A stretch of DNA of 64,000 nucleotides from Octopus vulgaris (taxonomy: Eukaryota), in assembly GCA_951406725.2 (NCBI GenBank), contig OX597823.1:19282001-19346000 (forward strand). Reading direction: 5' to 3'. Position 1 is the first letter of the stretch, and each line of letters opens with the position of its first letter. Shown piece by piece: positions 35,211 to 47,900 of this stretch. The position numbers and the translations under genes were made by a program. Under the pieces are notes generated by a model. The model was not told the origin of the DNA. It worked only from the letters and a program-made list of their open reading frames with translations, and ran no database searches.

Positions 35211-35546
35211 CAGGAGTGGCTGTGTGGTAAGTAGCTTTCTAACCAACCACATGGTTCCGGGTTCAGTCCCATTGCGTGGCATCTTGGGCAAGTGTCTTCT
35301 GCTATAGCCCCGGGCCAACCAATGCATATATATGTGTATGTATGTGTGTGTTTGTCTCCCTAGCATTGCTTGACAACCGATGCTGGTGTGTTTACGTCCC
35401 CGTAACTTAGCGGTTCGGCAAAAGAGACCGATAGAATAAGTACTGGGCTTACAAAGAATAAGACCTGGGGTCGATTTGCTCGACTAAAGGCGGTGCTCCA
35501 GCATGGCCGCAGTCAAATGACTGAAACAAGTAAAAGAGTAAAGAGT
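35211..35546 (+). mobile_element. SINE family A, internally deleted
   Basis: Homologous to 4805-5219; starts about 70 nt after an afadin donor. Confidence 0.88.
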
Positions 35547-36158
35547 ATTCACAACCCTTTTCAGGGTTTCAATAACTGATGGGAGGAAGTTATCCTCAGA
35601 GTTGTTTGTCATTCAAAGGGCTAGGTAAAAATATTCCCTTGCTTGGAAACAGGTGAGTGTTGGTGACAGAAAGTGCATCCAGCTGTGGAAAATCAGTTTC
35701 ATCTGGCCTATGCAACCATGGAAAAGTGGACATTAAAAGATGAGGATAACAGATGTAATAAAGAATTTGATAGATTCTGATCCTTGTTGTTATTGTGGCC
35801 CACGGCCATGCTGTGATAGTGACCTGGGCCCTGCTCACTTGGTGGCTTGCTTGATGTCCTGGTTGTATACTGTTTGGTTTTGCATTCAATCTGTAGATCT
35901 GTGATGATTCCTACTGAGGCCTGCTATTTCCTCTCATTGTCACATCTACTGTTGTTAAAACAACTTCTGCTCTTCTGAAGTTACAAGCTGTGTAACACAG
36001 CTGCTACAAACCTACCTGTTGCACACACTTCTCTTCCCCTCATTGTCCCATACCCCAAACACTTCATCATGACTCTAAAACTCTATCTGCCCATGTCTTT
36101 CCTACAATCTTCTGCTTACTCAAGTTCAAACCGGACATCATCCACATTGCTTCACTAG

Positions 36159-36317
36159 GCGCAGGAGCGGTTGTGTGGTAAGTAGCTTGCTTACCAACCA
36201 CATGGTTCCGGGTTCGGTCCCACTGCGTAGAACCTTGGGCAAGTGTCTTCTACTATAGCCTCGGGCCGACCAAAGCCTTCTGAGTGGATTTTGTAGACGG
36301 AAACTGAAAGAAACCCG

Positions 36318-36371
<54 letters not shown>

Positions 36372-36582
36372 ATATATTTGTGTGTCTGTGTTTGTCCCCA
36401 CCCCTAGCATTGCTTGACAACCGATGCTGGTGTGTTTACGTCCCCGTAACTTAGAAGTTCGGCAAAAGAGACTGATAGAATAAGTGCTAGGCTTACAAAG
36501 AATAAGTCCTGGGGTCGATTTGCTCGACTAAAGGCGGTGCTCCAGCATGGCCGCAGTCAAATGACTGAAACAAGTAAAAGAG
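36159..36582 (+). mobile_element. SINE family A
   Basis: Homologous to 4805-5219. Confidence 0.88.
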
Positions 36583-36805
36583 TCATGGGTTGAGGGTCTC
36601 TACCCTAATGATCATGGATACTGACTTGGCTTTTAGACAACAGTTTTAAAACCATTGTCTTGAGTTGTTTGCTTGTTGTCCACTTTCTCACTGTCTCTTC
36701 ATTTCTTACACTTTTTGTTAGCTTTTTGTGTCCTGTATTGATGTATTACATCATCTGATGTGATGTTATCTGGTGTATTAAACCATGTTTTCAATGAACC
36801 TTGTG

Positions 36806-37350
36806 AAGGTGCATGGTTGAGTGGTTAGAGCAGTGGTTTTCAACTAGGGTTCCGCGGAACCTTAGGGTTCTGCCAATACAGTCTAGGGGTTCCGCAAGAA
36901 GTTACAAAACTGCTAAAATCGGCAGTAATTCTCCTGTGCAGATATGTGTGCTTAAGACTATTGCACAGGGGTTCCTCGAGCCAGTGGAATGTTTCCTTGG
37001 GGTTCCGCTCCAGCAAAAAGTTTGAAAAGCACTGGGTTAGAGCATTGAGCTCACAATCATGAGGTAGTGAGTTCAATTCCTGGACTGGGCTGTGTGTTGT
37101 GTTCTTGAGCAAGACACTTTATTTTACGTTGCTCCAGTTCACATCAGCTGTAGAAATGAGTTGCGACGTCACTGGTGCCAAGCTGTATCGGTCTTTGCCT
37201 TTCCCTTGGATAACGTCAATGGTATGGAGAAGGGAGGCATGGTATGCATGGGCCACTGCTGGTGTTCCATAAACAACCTTGCCCAGACTTGTGGCTTGGA
37301 GGGAAACTTTCTAGGTGCAATCCCATGGTCATTCATGTCCAGGGGGTCTC
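36806..37350 (+). mobile_element. tRNA-Val-like SINE interrupted in its A-box region by a hAT-type MITE
   Basis: tggttgagtggttagag|cattgagctCACaatc...gagttcaattcc, followed by the core cttgagcaagacactt. Confidence 0.7.
36831..37034. mobile_element. hAT-type MITE
   Basis: TIRs CAGTGGTTTTCAA / TTGAAAAGCACTG, 8-bp TSD GGTTAGAG. Confidence 0.9.
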
Positions 37351-37471
37351 CTCAAACCCTGTTTCTTTGTGTCACTTTGTATATCAATCCATTTGACTGT
37401 GTGACAGTGTATACAGCTGACCTATAAGTAGCAACACCTGATCTGTTAATCCATCTATTGTCACTCCACCT

Positions 37472-37709
37472 TTATAAGGCGGCGAGCTGCCAGACACGTT
37501 AGCGTGCCGGGCGGAATGCTTAGCGGTATTTCGGCTGTCGTTACGTTCTGAGTTCAAATTCCGCCGGGGTCAACTTTGCCTTTCATCCTTTCGGGGTCGA
37601 TAAATAAAAGTACCAGTTTCGCACTGGGGTCGATGTAATTGACTTAATCCCTTTGTCTATCCTTGTTTGTCCTCTCTATGTTTAGCCTTTTGTGGGCAAT
37701 AAAGAAATA
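37472..37709 (+). mobile_element. SINE family C
   Basis: 16-bp TSD TATTGTCACTCCACCT at 37456-37471 and 37710-37725. Confidence 0.88.
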
Positions 37710-37780
37710 TATTGTCACTCCACCTGGTCACTGTTTCTCTTTGTATCTAATTGCTTTCTTTTTGCTCTCTCTCTCCACAG

Positions 37781-37902
37781 AGTAGAGAATGGCTGATTAA
37801 TACTATGCAAGATGACCTCCAGAAGATTCTTAACCGGCTTCGACAGATGGAAGAGGACCAAGCAACTGAAGAATATGAAAAAGAAAAAGACAGAATGAAG
37901 TG
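37781..37902 (+). CDS. AFDN: Afadin coiled-coil exon (SREWLINTMQDDLQKILNRLRQMEE...)
   Basis: Long pyrimidine tract plus ccacag. Phase 0/2 donor TG|gtgtgt, with an alternative AA|gtggtg donor after 37899. Confidence 0.85.
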
Positions 37903-38419
37903 GTGTGTTGGTTTTTCTGGTTTTGCAGATTTTATTTTTTTAGGGCTTTATTTTTTCCTTTGGAGTTTTCTCAAGAACTTGTTTGTCAGTATTTGCACTC
38001 GAAGGAGAATTCGCTTATTGTAATATATGATATTGTACTCTTGATTGTCACCTCAAATTTAATCATTTGTTTATCACAATACTTCTCAGAAAAATTCATC
38101 TTGATGAGTTGGGAGAGAGAGTTACCACTAGAAGTGTGAGAAAAGAGGGGTTAAAATAATGCTGTAACATTGCATAATATTAATGTACAGCCTTACTACT
38201 TAATTCCTCGACTTGCCTTGTATTTTTTATTCTTGCAGTATAGAAATGTGTGCGATTTAATCACTCTTAAGTCCTGCTTTTGTATTTCTTGTGAGACAAA
38301 TCATAGGGCTTATGAGAAGACAGCTGTTGCTATCAAGACTTTTTTTTATTAACTTTGATATGGACTTCCATGAACAGGGTTTTTTTTTTTTTTCATATTT
38401 TATCAGCTTCACATAGCCA

Positions 38420-38813
38420 GCCCCAGCCCATCCAAAGTACCTTGGATCGCAGGATGGCCTGCTGTGCTCACCTTGGATTGTAGGGCGACCTGCTGTGCTT
38501 GAGGAGACCTATTGAGTCAAGTACATCAACATCAAAATAAAAATCAAATGGAAATTGTAGTTGTGATCCCCTTGCTAGTGGCATGTAAAAAGCACCATCC
38601 GAACATGGCCGATGCCAGCGACGCCTTGACTGGCTTCTGTGCCGGTGGCACGTAAAAAGCACCCACTACACTCACGGAGTGGTTGGCATTAGGAAGGGCA
38701 TCCAGCTGTAGAAACACTGCCAGATCAGACTGGAACCTGGTGCAACCTTCTGACTTCCCAGATTCGGTCAAACCGTCCAGCCCATGCTAGCATGGAAAAC
38801 GGATGATAAATGA
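38420..38813 (+). mobile_element. RTE 3' UTR/tail copy
   Basis: Homologous to 399-792. Confidence 0.85.
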
Positions 38814-38814
38814 T

Positions 38815-38870
<56 letters not shown>

Positions 38871-39230
38871 CAAGGAAGATGAGAGATGCTGCATCTCACT
38901 GACCAGATGACCAGGTTTAATTTTCAGTGTCCTGAGAATGCAACCAACCTCTGCTAGTATGGGGAAAAAAATGTTAAAGCAATATTGATGATAGTTATGT
39001 AGCTAAAAGGCATCTACCTAAGAGTGGAGGAGATCAGTAAAAGCAAAAATATAACCTAGTAGTTAGACGCTCTTTGTCTTCTGTTTAGTTCACTTTTATA
39101 TTGGGTTGTACAGATCTGTAAATCCTTATTATTGTGTGATTTAGTGTTGAAGATAATTTCCATCTTTTGTTATTTCTCATTCACGAAGAATATTGACCTT
39201 TTTTTTTTTATTTACTAATTTCTTTCTTAG

Positions 39231-39345
39231 CCTTCGTCAGAGACTTGAAATCTTTGAGAAGGAAAAGGCTGAAGATCAAATTCGTCAACAGAAACGGCAA
39301 CAACGGAAACAGTTAGAACAGGAACAACACCTTCAGAAACAAAGG
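39231..39345 (+). CDS. AFDN: Afadin coiled-coil exon (LRQRLEIFEKEKAEDQIRQQKRQQRKQLEQEQHLQKQR)
   Basis: tttcttag acceptor, AGG|gtacat donor, phase 2/0, charged helical composition. Confidence 0.88.
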
Positions 39346-39380
39346 GTACATTAGATGATTATTATTATTATTATTATTAT

Positions 39381-39885
39381 GTGAGAGAGCAGTGCATGCC
39401 ATCAAAGTGACACTGGGGTAAAATATACGAAGCCCAGTATACCCATCATGACTACCCGTCTGATAAGGGTACACTAGGCACATGCATCACAGCCATATGT
39501 GTGCGACATGGTGATCTCATATCAAGATAAACAGCACATGACCTTGCAGGTGGGGTTTGATTAGAATTTTCTTCTGGTCGAGTAGCCACATCCCGCTCAA
39601 AAGGTCCCTGAATAAGGGTTGTTTAAGGATTTTGAATGAAACACCCATGTTTCCAGAGGTGAATTGTTCAAACCCCAAAGAATCCCTCTCAACACATGGC
39701 TATGATGCTCCCCCACTACTTCTGCTCGTGATCAGAAATGCACATATCGTCAGCCACTAAGGGACATGCTCAGCTGGTTACGGTCAAACAAGTGACAAGC
39801 AAATCTGTGGTATTGAGCAGAATATTTGCTGTAGTCCATTTTTTTATACCAAGACAAAACAATGTACATGATAACACTTCCAATC
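39381..39885. repeat. Unclassified interspersed repeat; second copy, inverted, at about 63880-64000
   Basis: 39806-39885 is the reverse complement of 63924-64000; adjacent (ATT)n. Confidence 0.7.
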
Positions 39886-40664
39886 AAATCAACTTAGCCC
39901 TTCCCTGAAGTTTCTGGCCTTGTGCCGAAATTTGAAACCATTATTATTATTATTGTTGTTAACAACACAACTACAGTCCTTCATTTGGCTATGATTTGAC
40001 ATGTGTTTTCTGCTCTAGCTTTGGGTTGACCGATGCCTTGAGAGTGGAGTTTTTGTAGACAGCAGCTGTGTGGCAGCCCATCAGAAGCAACGATACTTGT
40101 TTAGGGATGATTGACTTATCCATCAAACTGTATAAAGCTCCACCTTGCATGTTGTTGCCTTTAGTGGAGTCTGTGAGTGGATTTGGTTGGTGGAAACTGA
40201 AAGAAGCCCATTATGTGTGTTCCTGGATCTTTGTTTTGACATTCTGCAGAAGTTATGAATGAGTGTCACTGCTATACAGGCAATATGGTGATGACACAGT
40301 CCTTCATTTCTAATCTTCTGTGAAAGCCTATCTGGCAAAATGAGGAAATATTATCTTGCTCAGAAACAAGTGAGGGTTGATGACAGGAATGGTATTGCCT
40401 GTAAAAAGTCTGTTCTAACAAATTCTGTCCAACTCTTGCCAGCATGGAAAAAGTTGGGCATGAAAATAATGTTGTGTGCTGTGTTTAATTGTATAGTGTT
40501 ACAAACAGGATAAATAAAACTTGGAATACAAAAGTATTCATATCATTTCATTTAGCTGTGGGACTACATTAAGGGACTCAAGTTTGGAGAATTTCATGTA
40601 TTGTAGTTATATAATGAGAATGTCTTTTGCCAAATTCATTTGCCTTTTTTTTATTTTGCTTCAG

Positions 40665-40778
40665 GAAATGAGAGAAAAACAGAGGAGAGATATTGAAGAA
40701 CAGAGAAAGTTATATTTGATGGAAGAAGAAATGATGAAAGAGAGAAAAATTGAAGAACTTCGTAAGAAAAAAGAAATG
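40665..40778 (+). CDS. AFDN: Afadin coiled-coil exon (EMREKQRRDIEEQRK...RKKKEM)
   Basis: ttgcttcag acceptor, ATG|gttagt donor, 114 nt, phase 0/0. Confidence 0.9.
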
Positions 40779-41152
40779 GTTAGTGTTTGCTTCGTTTAGA
40801 CTTGGTTTAATGATTTCGCTATAGCTGTCTCTTCTTTTCCTTTGACTTCACTCACTCACTTTGGTTTCTGGAGCTACCACTCCTCATTAGATCACTGGTT
40901 CTCCTACAGACAAATATCAGGGTATCCCTACCCCAAAGATATTAGTGAACTGTTTTCCCTACCCACCCACCAACTTCTCTTGACACTTTTGTTACCATAT
41001 TTCTTTTTGAAATTCACTGCTTTTGATCCAGTTAATTTTGAAAATAATAAAGATCTTAGTAAAATAACTTTTTTTACTATTAATGAGGTGTTTACAACAT
41101 AAATTAGCAAGAAATTTTGATGGAATGTCTTTATAATAGGAGGCAAGATTTA

Positions 41153-41614
41153 TGATATTGGGAGAATATCGCCTTTTCCCGTTATATCTTGTTCTTCGTG
41201 TAGTTCAGGCTCCAGCAAGCGGGGAAAGAAGTCTTTAAATACAAATGCAATTTACAGCCGGTTTATTTACAAGTTTTACTGAACAGGTGAAGTGTGCTGC
41301 TCTCAGCAACCATCTCAAGCTGTGTGCGTTGTGTTGTATCTCCGTTACTGCGGGCACATTGCCTCTGGAGGTACAACCTGCCGACAGGACTAACTTGGAG
41401 ACCCAGCCAGTGAAGTGTGCTCAGCAAGCGCTTGTGGTGAAAAGAGAACGAATCTGTTTTTGTTGGGCCCTTATATCCAGTTCACCATCGCGAGCCTTGC
41501 TGTGATCTTGCACATGGCAAATGGATGCAGGTGAGGTCTCGCTCCTGTCTCAGAGATGGGAATGGCTGCTGCGAGATCTCATCCAATATGGCGCTGACTG
41601 CTTGTGCCGCTACA
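41153..41614 (-). mobile_element. Probable solo LTR inserted in a degenerate MITE
   Basis: - strand TGTAG...TATCA, TATA-like GGATATAAGGG (about 41468-41479) followed by AATAAA (41262-41267). No perfect TSD seen. Confidence 0.6.
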
Positions 41615-42561
41615 TCTTAATTTAAACAGGAAGTTAGTAACACAGATCTTGGGCAGTCTTTGGCAGTTGATCTCAAAAAAGTTGATACGGTAAAATAGTT
41701 TGCATCCATGCAAGTCTTTCTTCTTTGTCATGGTGTTATGCAAATTTAGAAAGTTTCAAACCAGCTTAATTCTATTAAACATGTTAATTTGCTGACAAAC
41801 TTTTCAATCTGTAGTGATGTCATTTTGACAGTCTTCAGTGCGCGCGTGTGGGGTTGGAATCTTCTAGAAGGCCTGAGGAGGTTCCCTCATGCACATGTGT
41901 TAAAAGATGGACGGAAAAGTTCTGTTGCGTTCCTTGCTTGCGTCGAAGACTCGGGACGCAGCCGTTGAACACTGTAGATGTGTTTTAATTAACTCCAGAT
42001 TTGCTGTTTGGTTGCTGACTGACCAAATGTACATTTTACATATACCCGAATAAAGAGTTATATATATTGTTCGGATGCTTTTCTTGTTTCCTTACATTTA
42101 CATTTTTTAAAACAAAGAGGAAGAAATTCTACAAATCCTCTACCACCAATAAAAACACTGCATTAATTTGTTTTCATACCTTAGGATGTAATTTTTGGGT
42201 AATGTATGAATGGTCTGTGAGCCTGGTCAATCCTGTTACTGTTCCTTCTAGGAGTTGAAAACATGACTTTAAATTAGCAAAACTTTTACTGAAATTTTTT
42301 TCAGTTTTGCTCTTGCTGCTTATAAATTGTGTTCCCACTCTGTGGTACCTAAATAATAACTCAGTTGAGTGAACCATTTGTATTTTTGACACAGACAGCA
42401 CAATGCTGATAGTTGGCTACAAACAACACCTAGTACTCTGTTGATGTACTCATCCTCACGTAGGCTCTAATTTATTCTCTTAATCATTGCAGCAATTTTT
42501 GTAGAGATGGAGTAGGATGTTTTTTCTTACAAACTAACCATTTTTCTTTTTTCCATTCTAG

Positions 42562-43440
42562 GAAAAAGAACAAATCCTTGCAACACGGGAAGCTGAAGAA
42601 TTCCGTCAGCAAGCTGAACAAAAGCGCTTGGAAGAGAAACAGCTTCAGGAACAAGCTGACAGACAGATGGGCCGATACTCAAACATATCCAAGTCGAATA
42701 TCAGCTCTAAAATGTATTCAAATAATACTTATACAGAACACGGTCCCAATCTGACATACCAAACAGCCCCCGAGAAGAACTTCACAGCAGCACCACAACC
42801 TCCTGAGAGAGGGTCTTCATTTGAAACCCTCAACCAATACCAGCAGCGTAATTTGATAAAACCTCTCCCTTCTGATCAAATGACCCCTGATAACAACAAT
42901 ATGGGTAAAAGTGTTAGCACGTCTGCTTTGCGAACAAACCAGGATGTGACTGCCCCGAAAAAATCAGTTTCCTTCAATACTCAACTGGAAACCCGGATCA
43001 GTGCTGCCTATAGTGACGATGAACGATCATCCAACCCTTCTTTCCGTTCTTCTGGTGAGTTTTCCCCAAATCTCAGCCCCTCTTTCCTTGGAAACAGTGA
43101 ACCGTCTGAATTGACGTCAAAAATGACCAATGAGGTATTCACTCAAGACTCTCACCAATCAACACCACCACCACCTCCAACAGCAAATTCAGTTGAAGTG
43201 CACTATAGGATTGCTGAAACCCCTGGTGTGATTGGTGGACAGGAAATCTATCGCGATCCCCGCACAAGAATCCAAGCAAAGAAAGCTGCAGGTTCTGCAA
43301 AATCTCCCGGTCCTGAACGGATGTCATTTAGGGATAAAATGAAATACTTTGCCCAAGAAGCTGGAGAAGGAACTCCGAAGGAGAAATCGAAAGCATCTCG
43401 TGTACAAAGAGATATAGAATATGCTATGAATGGTCAGTGA
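42562..43440 (+). CDS. AFDN: Afadin terminal coding exon with C-terminal F-actin-binding region
   Basis: ttccattctag acceptor, phase 0, TGA at 43438-43440. Conserved KKSVSF, TPGVIGGQEIYRDPR and PERMSFRDKMKYF motifs of canoe/l-afadin. Confidence 0.95.
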   Translation, partial: EKEQILATREAEEFRQQAEQKRLEEKQLQEQADRQMGRYSNISKSNISSKMYSNNTYTEHGPNLTYQTAPEKNFTAAPQPPERGSSFETLNQYQQRNLIKPLPSDQMTPDNNNMGKSVSTSALRTNQDVTAPKKSVSFNTQLETRISAAYSDDERSSNPSFRSSGEFSPNLSPSFLGNSEPSELTSKMTNEVFTQDSHQSTPPPPPTANSVEVHYRIAETPGVIGGQEIYRDPRTRIQAKKAAGSAKSPGPERMSFRDKMKYFAQEAGEGTPKEKSKASRVQRDIEYAMNGQ

Positions 43441-43449
43441 ACTACTGCA

Positions 43450-44011
43450 AATAAAAACTACAAAAATTGACAAAGAAATATTTGGTAAATAAAGGAGCCA
43501 TTTGGCTTGAGGGGTGAGAATTGGGAGAAGGTTGTGGAGTGAGATGGGATAGCAATTTCTTCCAAAATTTTGTGTGTGTGTGTGTGTATGATTTACACAC
43601 TTCTCACTCCTTCATAAATGGCATTTAGTTTTTTTTTTTTTTTTTTCATTGTATTTTCTTCTCCTGGGATATTAACTGTACATTATGCTCCAGAAGTGAG
43701 GCACAAACACTGCTGTTCATCACCCCCCTCCTTTTTTTTTTATTTTGATAGTCAAAACAGTCATATTATTTTTATTTTGGCCTTGTGCCTAATGTTAGAA
43801 ATTATTACTAATATTGTTATACAGGATAAATTCTTTATTTAAAAAAAAAAAAAAAAGGAATAAAAATACATAGTTGACTATTTATTACCGAAAATAATGA
43901 CTGCCGCTGCCGCCAAGTTCCTGGATCTGTCTTTCTGATGTAAATAAACATAATAAAAAAACAATAAAAATGAGGTTATCTCACTTACCTGCAGCAGTAA
44001 ATATCAATAAA
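43450..44011 (+). promoter_or_regulatory. Cluster of AATAAA candidate polyadenylation signals in the afadin 3' UTR
   Basis: AATAAA near 43450, 43488, 43859, 43943, 43963 and 44006. The site actually used cannot be determined from sequence. Confidence 0.4.
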
Positions 44012-44863
44012 ATATATTTTAAAAAGAAAATTTCAATTTTTTTTTTAACATCTCGTCCTGCCGTGTATGTAATTTATGTCTGATGGGGGGTACTGCGATA
44101 AGTAGTTGATAACACTGCTACTGTGTACGTACTGTATATTATAACAGCCTGGACTGTCCAGTACAATAGATATTTGCATTGTAGAACAAACAGAGCTTTG
44201 TGGGGCTGCCCAGTACAGTAATGCCTACACGTAGCTTTATGGACACTTCCATATAGTATCGCTTTATAATGTTGACCTAACATTATACATTTAACTGTAC
44301 GATATATCTACACATTTGTATAGACTATCCAGTACAGTATACCAGTGTGATGCAACCCAAATATTACAACTGTGCAGTAACCTGTACTGCTTACTATATC
44401 ACTGAAGTGGTTACCAAGCTAACATCCACTGCAGAGCAAAGCTCTTTACCTCCAAAGACCTTCTTAAAATCATAGTACGTTTTTTGTTTGTTTTAAGTTT
44501 ATTTTTAAGTGATGTTTATTCCTCTCTCCATGCTTTTGTCTTTTATCTATAACAATATGAATCAGACTTACTGGTCAACTCAGTAGATATTTGTTGTAGA
44601 TCTTAATTTTTTCACATTACAATTTTTGTTGTAAGATTTAATATAAGATAGTAAACACAAAATTTGGTGTCCCAAAACCTATTAGTTTAACGTATTTGGA
44701 TTGTTTTTTCCCATAGAAATCCTGCCTTACAGCCATAGCAGACTCATAAAGTGTGTGCTAAGACCTTTCCTGTATTTTATATTACTGTCTAGTACTTCGT
44801 CAAATAACTTAGCATCTGTTGAACCTGTTCTGCTTTCTGTGATTACAATTTGAAGTCAAATAA

Positions 44864-44911
<48 letters not shown>

Positions 44912-47900
44912 CCTTGGAAAAACTATTTTCACACACACACATTGGATATATATATATAAAGTGTATTGTATTCATTCAGCTGTCCCCATCTGGTTTATCT
45001 GACTTGTCAAAATAATTTACTTGGGTCCAGCTACTGATACATGTGAAGAGGTAGGGTGGGAGTGACCAGTGGAGCTGAACTATTGTGAAAAATAGTTGAC
45101 GATTTTCCAATTAAAGGTGGTAATTTTATAATTGGAAACTCATTTTTAATAAATGATTCAGATTACTACTTTTAATTTAATGAGAACAAATCTGGTGGGT
45201 TTGCAGAATTAGTAGAGCATTGGGCCAAGTATCTTGTGATGTTGGTATCCTATAATGGTCAGAATTTGAATCCTGTTAAGACTGCCTTCCTTATGGGGCA
45301 GAGGCAATAAAATAAGTACCGATCAAGCCCTGGAGTTGATAAAATATGGACTGGTCAAGTTATTGTGCTTGGAATAATTGACCAGTTCCTTTTCCCTAAA
45401 TTAATCTTGTACCTGTATTAGAAATCCTTTTTAGCATTCAGATATCTTTTAGTCCTCGTTAAGAGGTTGTCAAATCAATTTTTATTCTTTTAGATCAGCC
45501 ATGATATTTAGTTATGAAGATATTTGTATCGTTGAAATGACCTTCGTTAAAAATGTAAAGATTTAATTTAAGGGTTTATCATGGTCGTTGTAGTGGTAGG
45601 GGGTCAGTTAGCTGGGTTAAAAAAATTAGTTTCCGACATGGCCCATCACCAGTTTCCCCAGATTTTTTTTCAAATTCCTAGCATCTGTAGAAAATCCCTT
45701 TTTTTTTCTTTCTTTTTTCTTCCAGACATTGACTTCTTGTTCAGCCCTAGTCAACTCTAATCCAGTAAACCTGTGACTGAAGGCATTTCAGCCATGGCCA
45801 TCACTTCATATTGTTTCGTATCTCTAGGGCTACATTATCTTGTGTCCTTCCATTTCTGGAGATCGCAAGGTGAAAAAGACTTGGCTGTTATTTTTAGCCA
45901 ATCAAGTGACTACATAGTCTCTATTGTTGGCTCTCTGCTTCTCTTGACCTATGTCAGTAACTAGGTAAGAGAAGACCTCTACTAATTTACTGCGATCACT
46001 CTGCAAGGATACATTTTTGAAGTGACCGAATAACCTACTGATAGAAGTGTCTTTGACAACCCATTATTTCATCTATTCATTCAGTGTTGTTAGATGATTC
46101 ATCTGCAAAATAATTTGTATCAAATTCCTCTTTGTCATGTTCTTTGAGAGAGATGTAAAAAGATTATTTAAAAAAAAAAAAAAAAAGTAAAATGAGGAAA
46201 TTTAACTTGCTATAATTTTCTCTTCAGTTTTGTTACATGGGAGTGAGAAAGAGGAATGTTCCTGCTAAATCATGCCATGGTTCTTGCCAATAAATTCTTT
46301 GAGTGTAGATATGGAGTAGGTGGATTTTGGTGTCAATTTAAAGATTTTAAGTAACCGTGGTGGATAAACCAAACATATGAGAAGTGATGGGAGGGCAAGC
46401 ATAACTATATAAAATACAAGCAGTTGTTTAACCAAAGGGCGTCTCTGATTGAGCAGTAGTAATATAATCAAAGGTGTTCAAATCATGATGATCTTGACAT
46501 TTTAAGGATATGTGCGTTTCCCTTTGCTTTTGTTTTGTTCACTACCCCTCAAAATAAGGGTATAATTTGAGGGAGATTTGACTGCTATTTGTAACATGTT
46601 TAATGACTGCTTAGATGCACCTGTGATGGTTAAATACAATTTGACTGGAATTTCTAGCAGCTGTTATAATAATAATAATAATAATGATAATAATAATAAT
46701 AATAATAATGATGGTTTTAGAAGGACCCTGGCTAAATGTGATAAATTCCAGCTGTCTCTGCTGCATCTTGGATACCAGAAGATTTTTTTATATTTTTTTA
46801 GCATTAGTAAGATACCTGTGATAGATAATATATAATCAGACACATACTAAGACATAGAGAAACTTTGAAATTTGCCTCAGTGGATTCCTCACGATGTGTT
46901 AACATTTGTGTTGTTGAAGTTGGTGTAGTGGTTTGGAAGAATCAGGTGAGCATCGGACCAAATGGTTAGAGACTGGCAAAAATCGTTAGAGTAACTAACA
47001 AAACACTTTGTGGGGTTTTTAGCTACATCACTTCAGGTTCTAAGTTCAAATCCAACTAAGGTCAAGTCTGTCTTTTAACCTTTCATATAATCTATCATAC
47101 GTCTTCTTTCGCTCAAATATGTCCTCTTGTACTTTGTTAGAGAAAGTTGTGTTGGATGAGGTACCTTGTAGCTTATTCAGGATCTTTGCATTCTCAGTTC
47201 AAATACCCTGTGTTTGTGGTGAAAAATAGGGGGGCTTTGAGAACTGATTAATGGTAACAAGGCTCCAATGTCAAAACATATGGACCCTGAACTGAAGTAA
47301 GATACATGCAAGAGCAGAAATCAAACCCATGTCAGCTGTTAGCTGTCAGGACACAGCATCCTTCGAAAATACCATAAATTTGCTGAAATCTGTCAACACT
47401 ACTTTTCTTGACAGGTTTATGTCTCTTCCATCTCCTCTCTATGGTTCTTTTTACTCTTCACTTCCTGGTTATCATTGCTGTCCTTGATTTATTGCTGCTC
47501 ACTGTCTCTTAAAATAATTAAAAAAAAATTTTTTTTCAGGTAAAATGTTAGAAAAAAAAAATGCATTTAAGCATTTTATACAATAAACTCATTTCTATCT
47601 TATATTTTTAATCACAGCAGTGTACTAGGTTAGACTAAATCCTCAACATTTACTTTCATTCCTCCAATATTTCGAGTTCAAATCTTACTGATACCAACTT
47701 TTCCTTTTTAACCGCCTGGATAGTAAGTACTAATGATGTGTTGAGGATTGATTCAATCAGTTTTATATCTCACCTGATTCAAATATGTGGGTTTTGTGTA
47801 GAGAATATCCTTTATTCTGGTATTCAATTCCTCACAAATTTCTGGGGAATTGAATCGTCATCGTTTAACTTCCACTTTTCCATGCATCAATCAGAATTTG

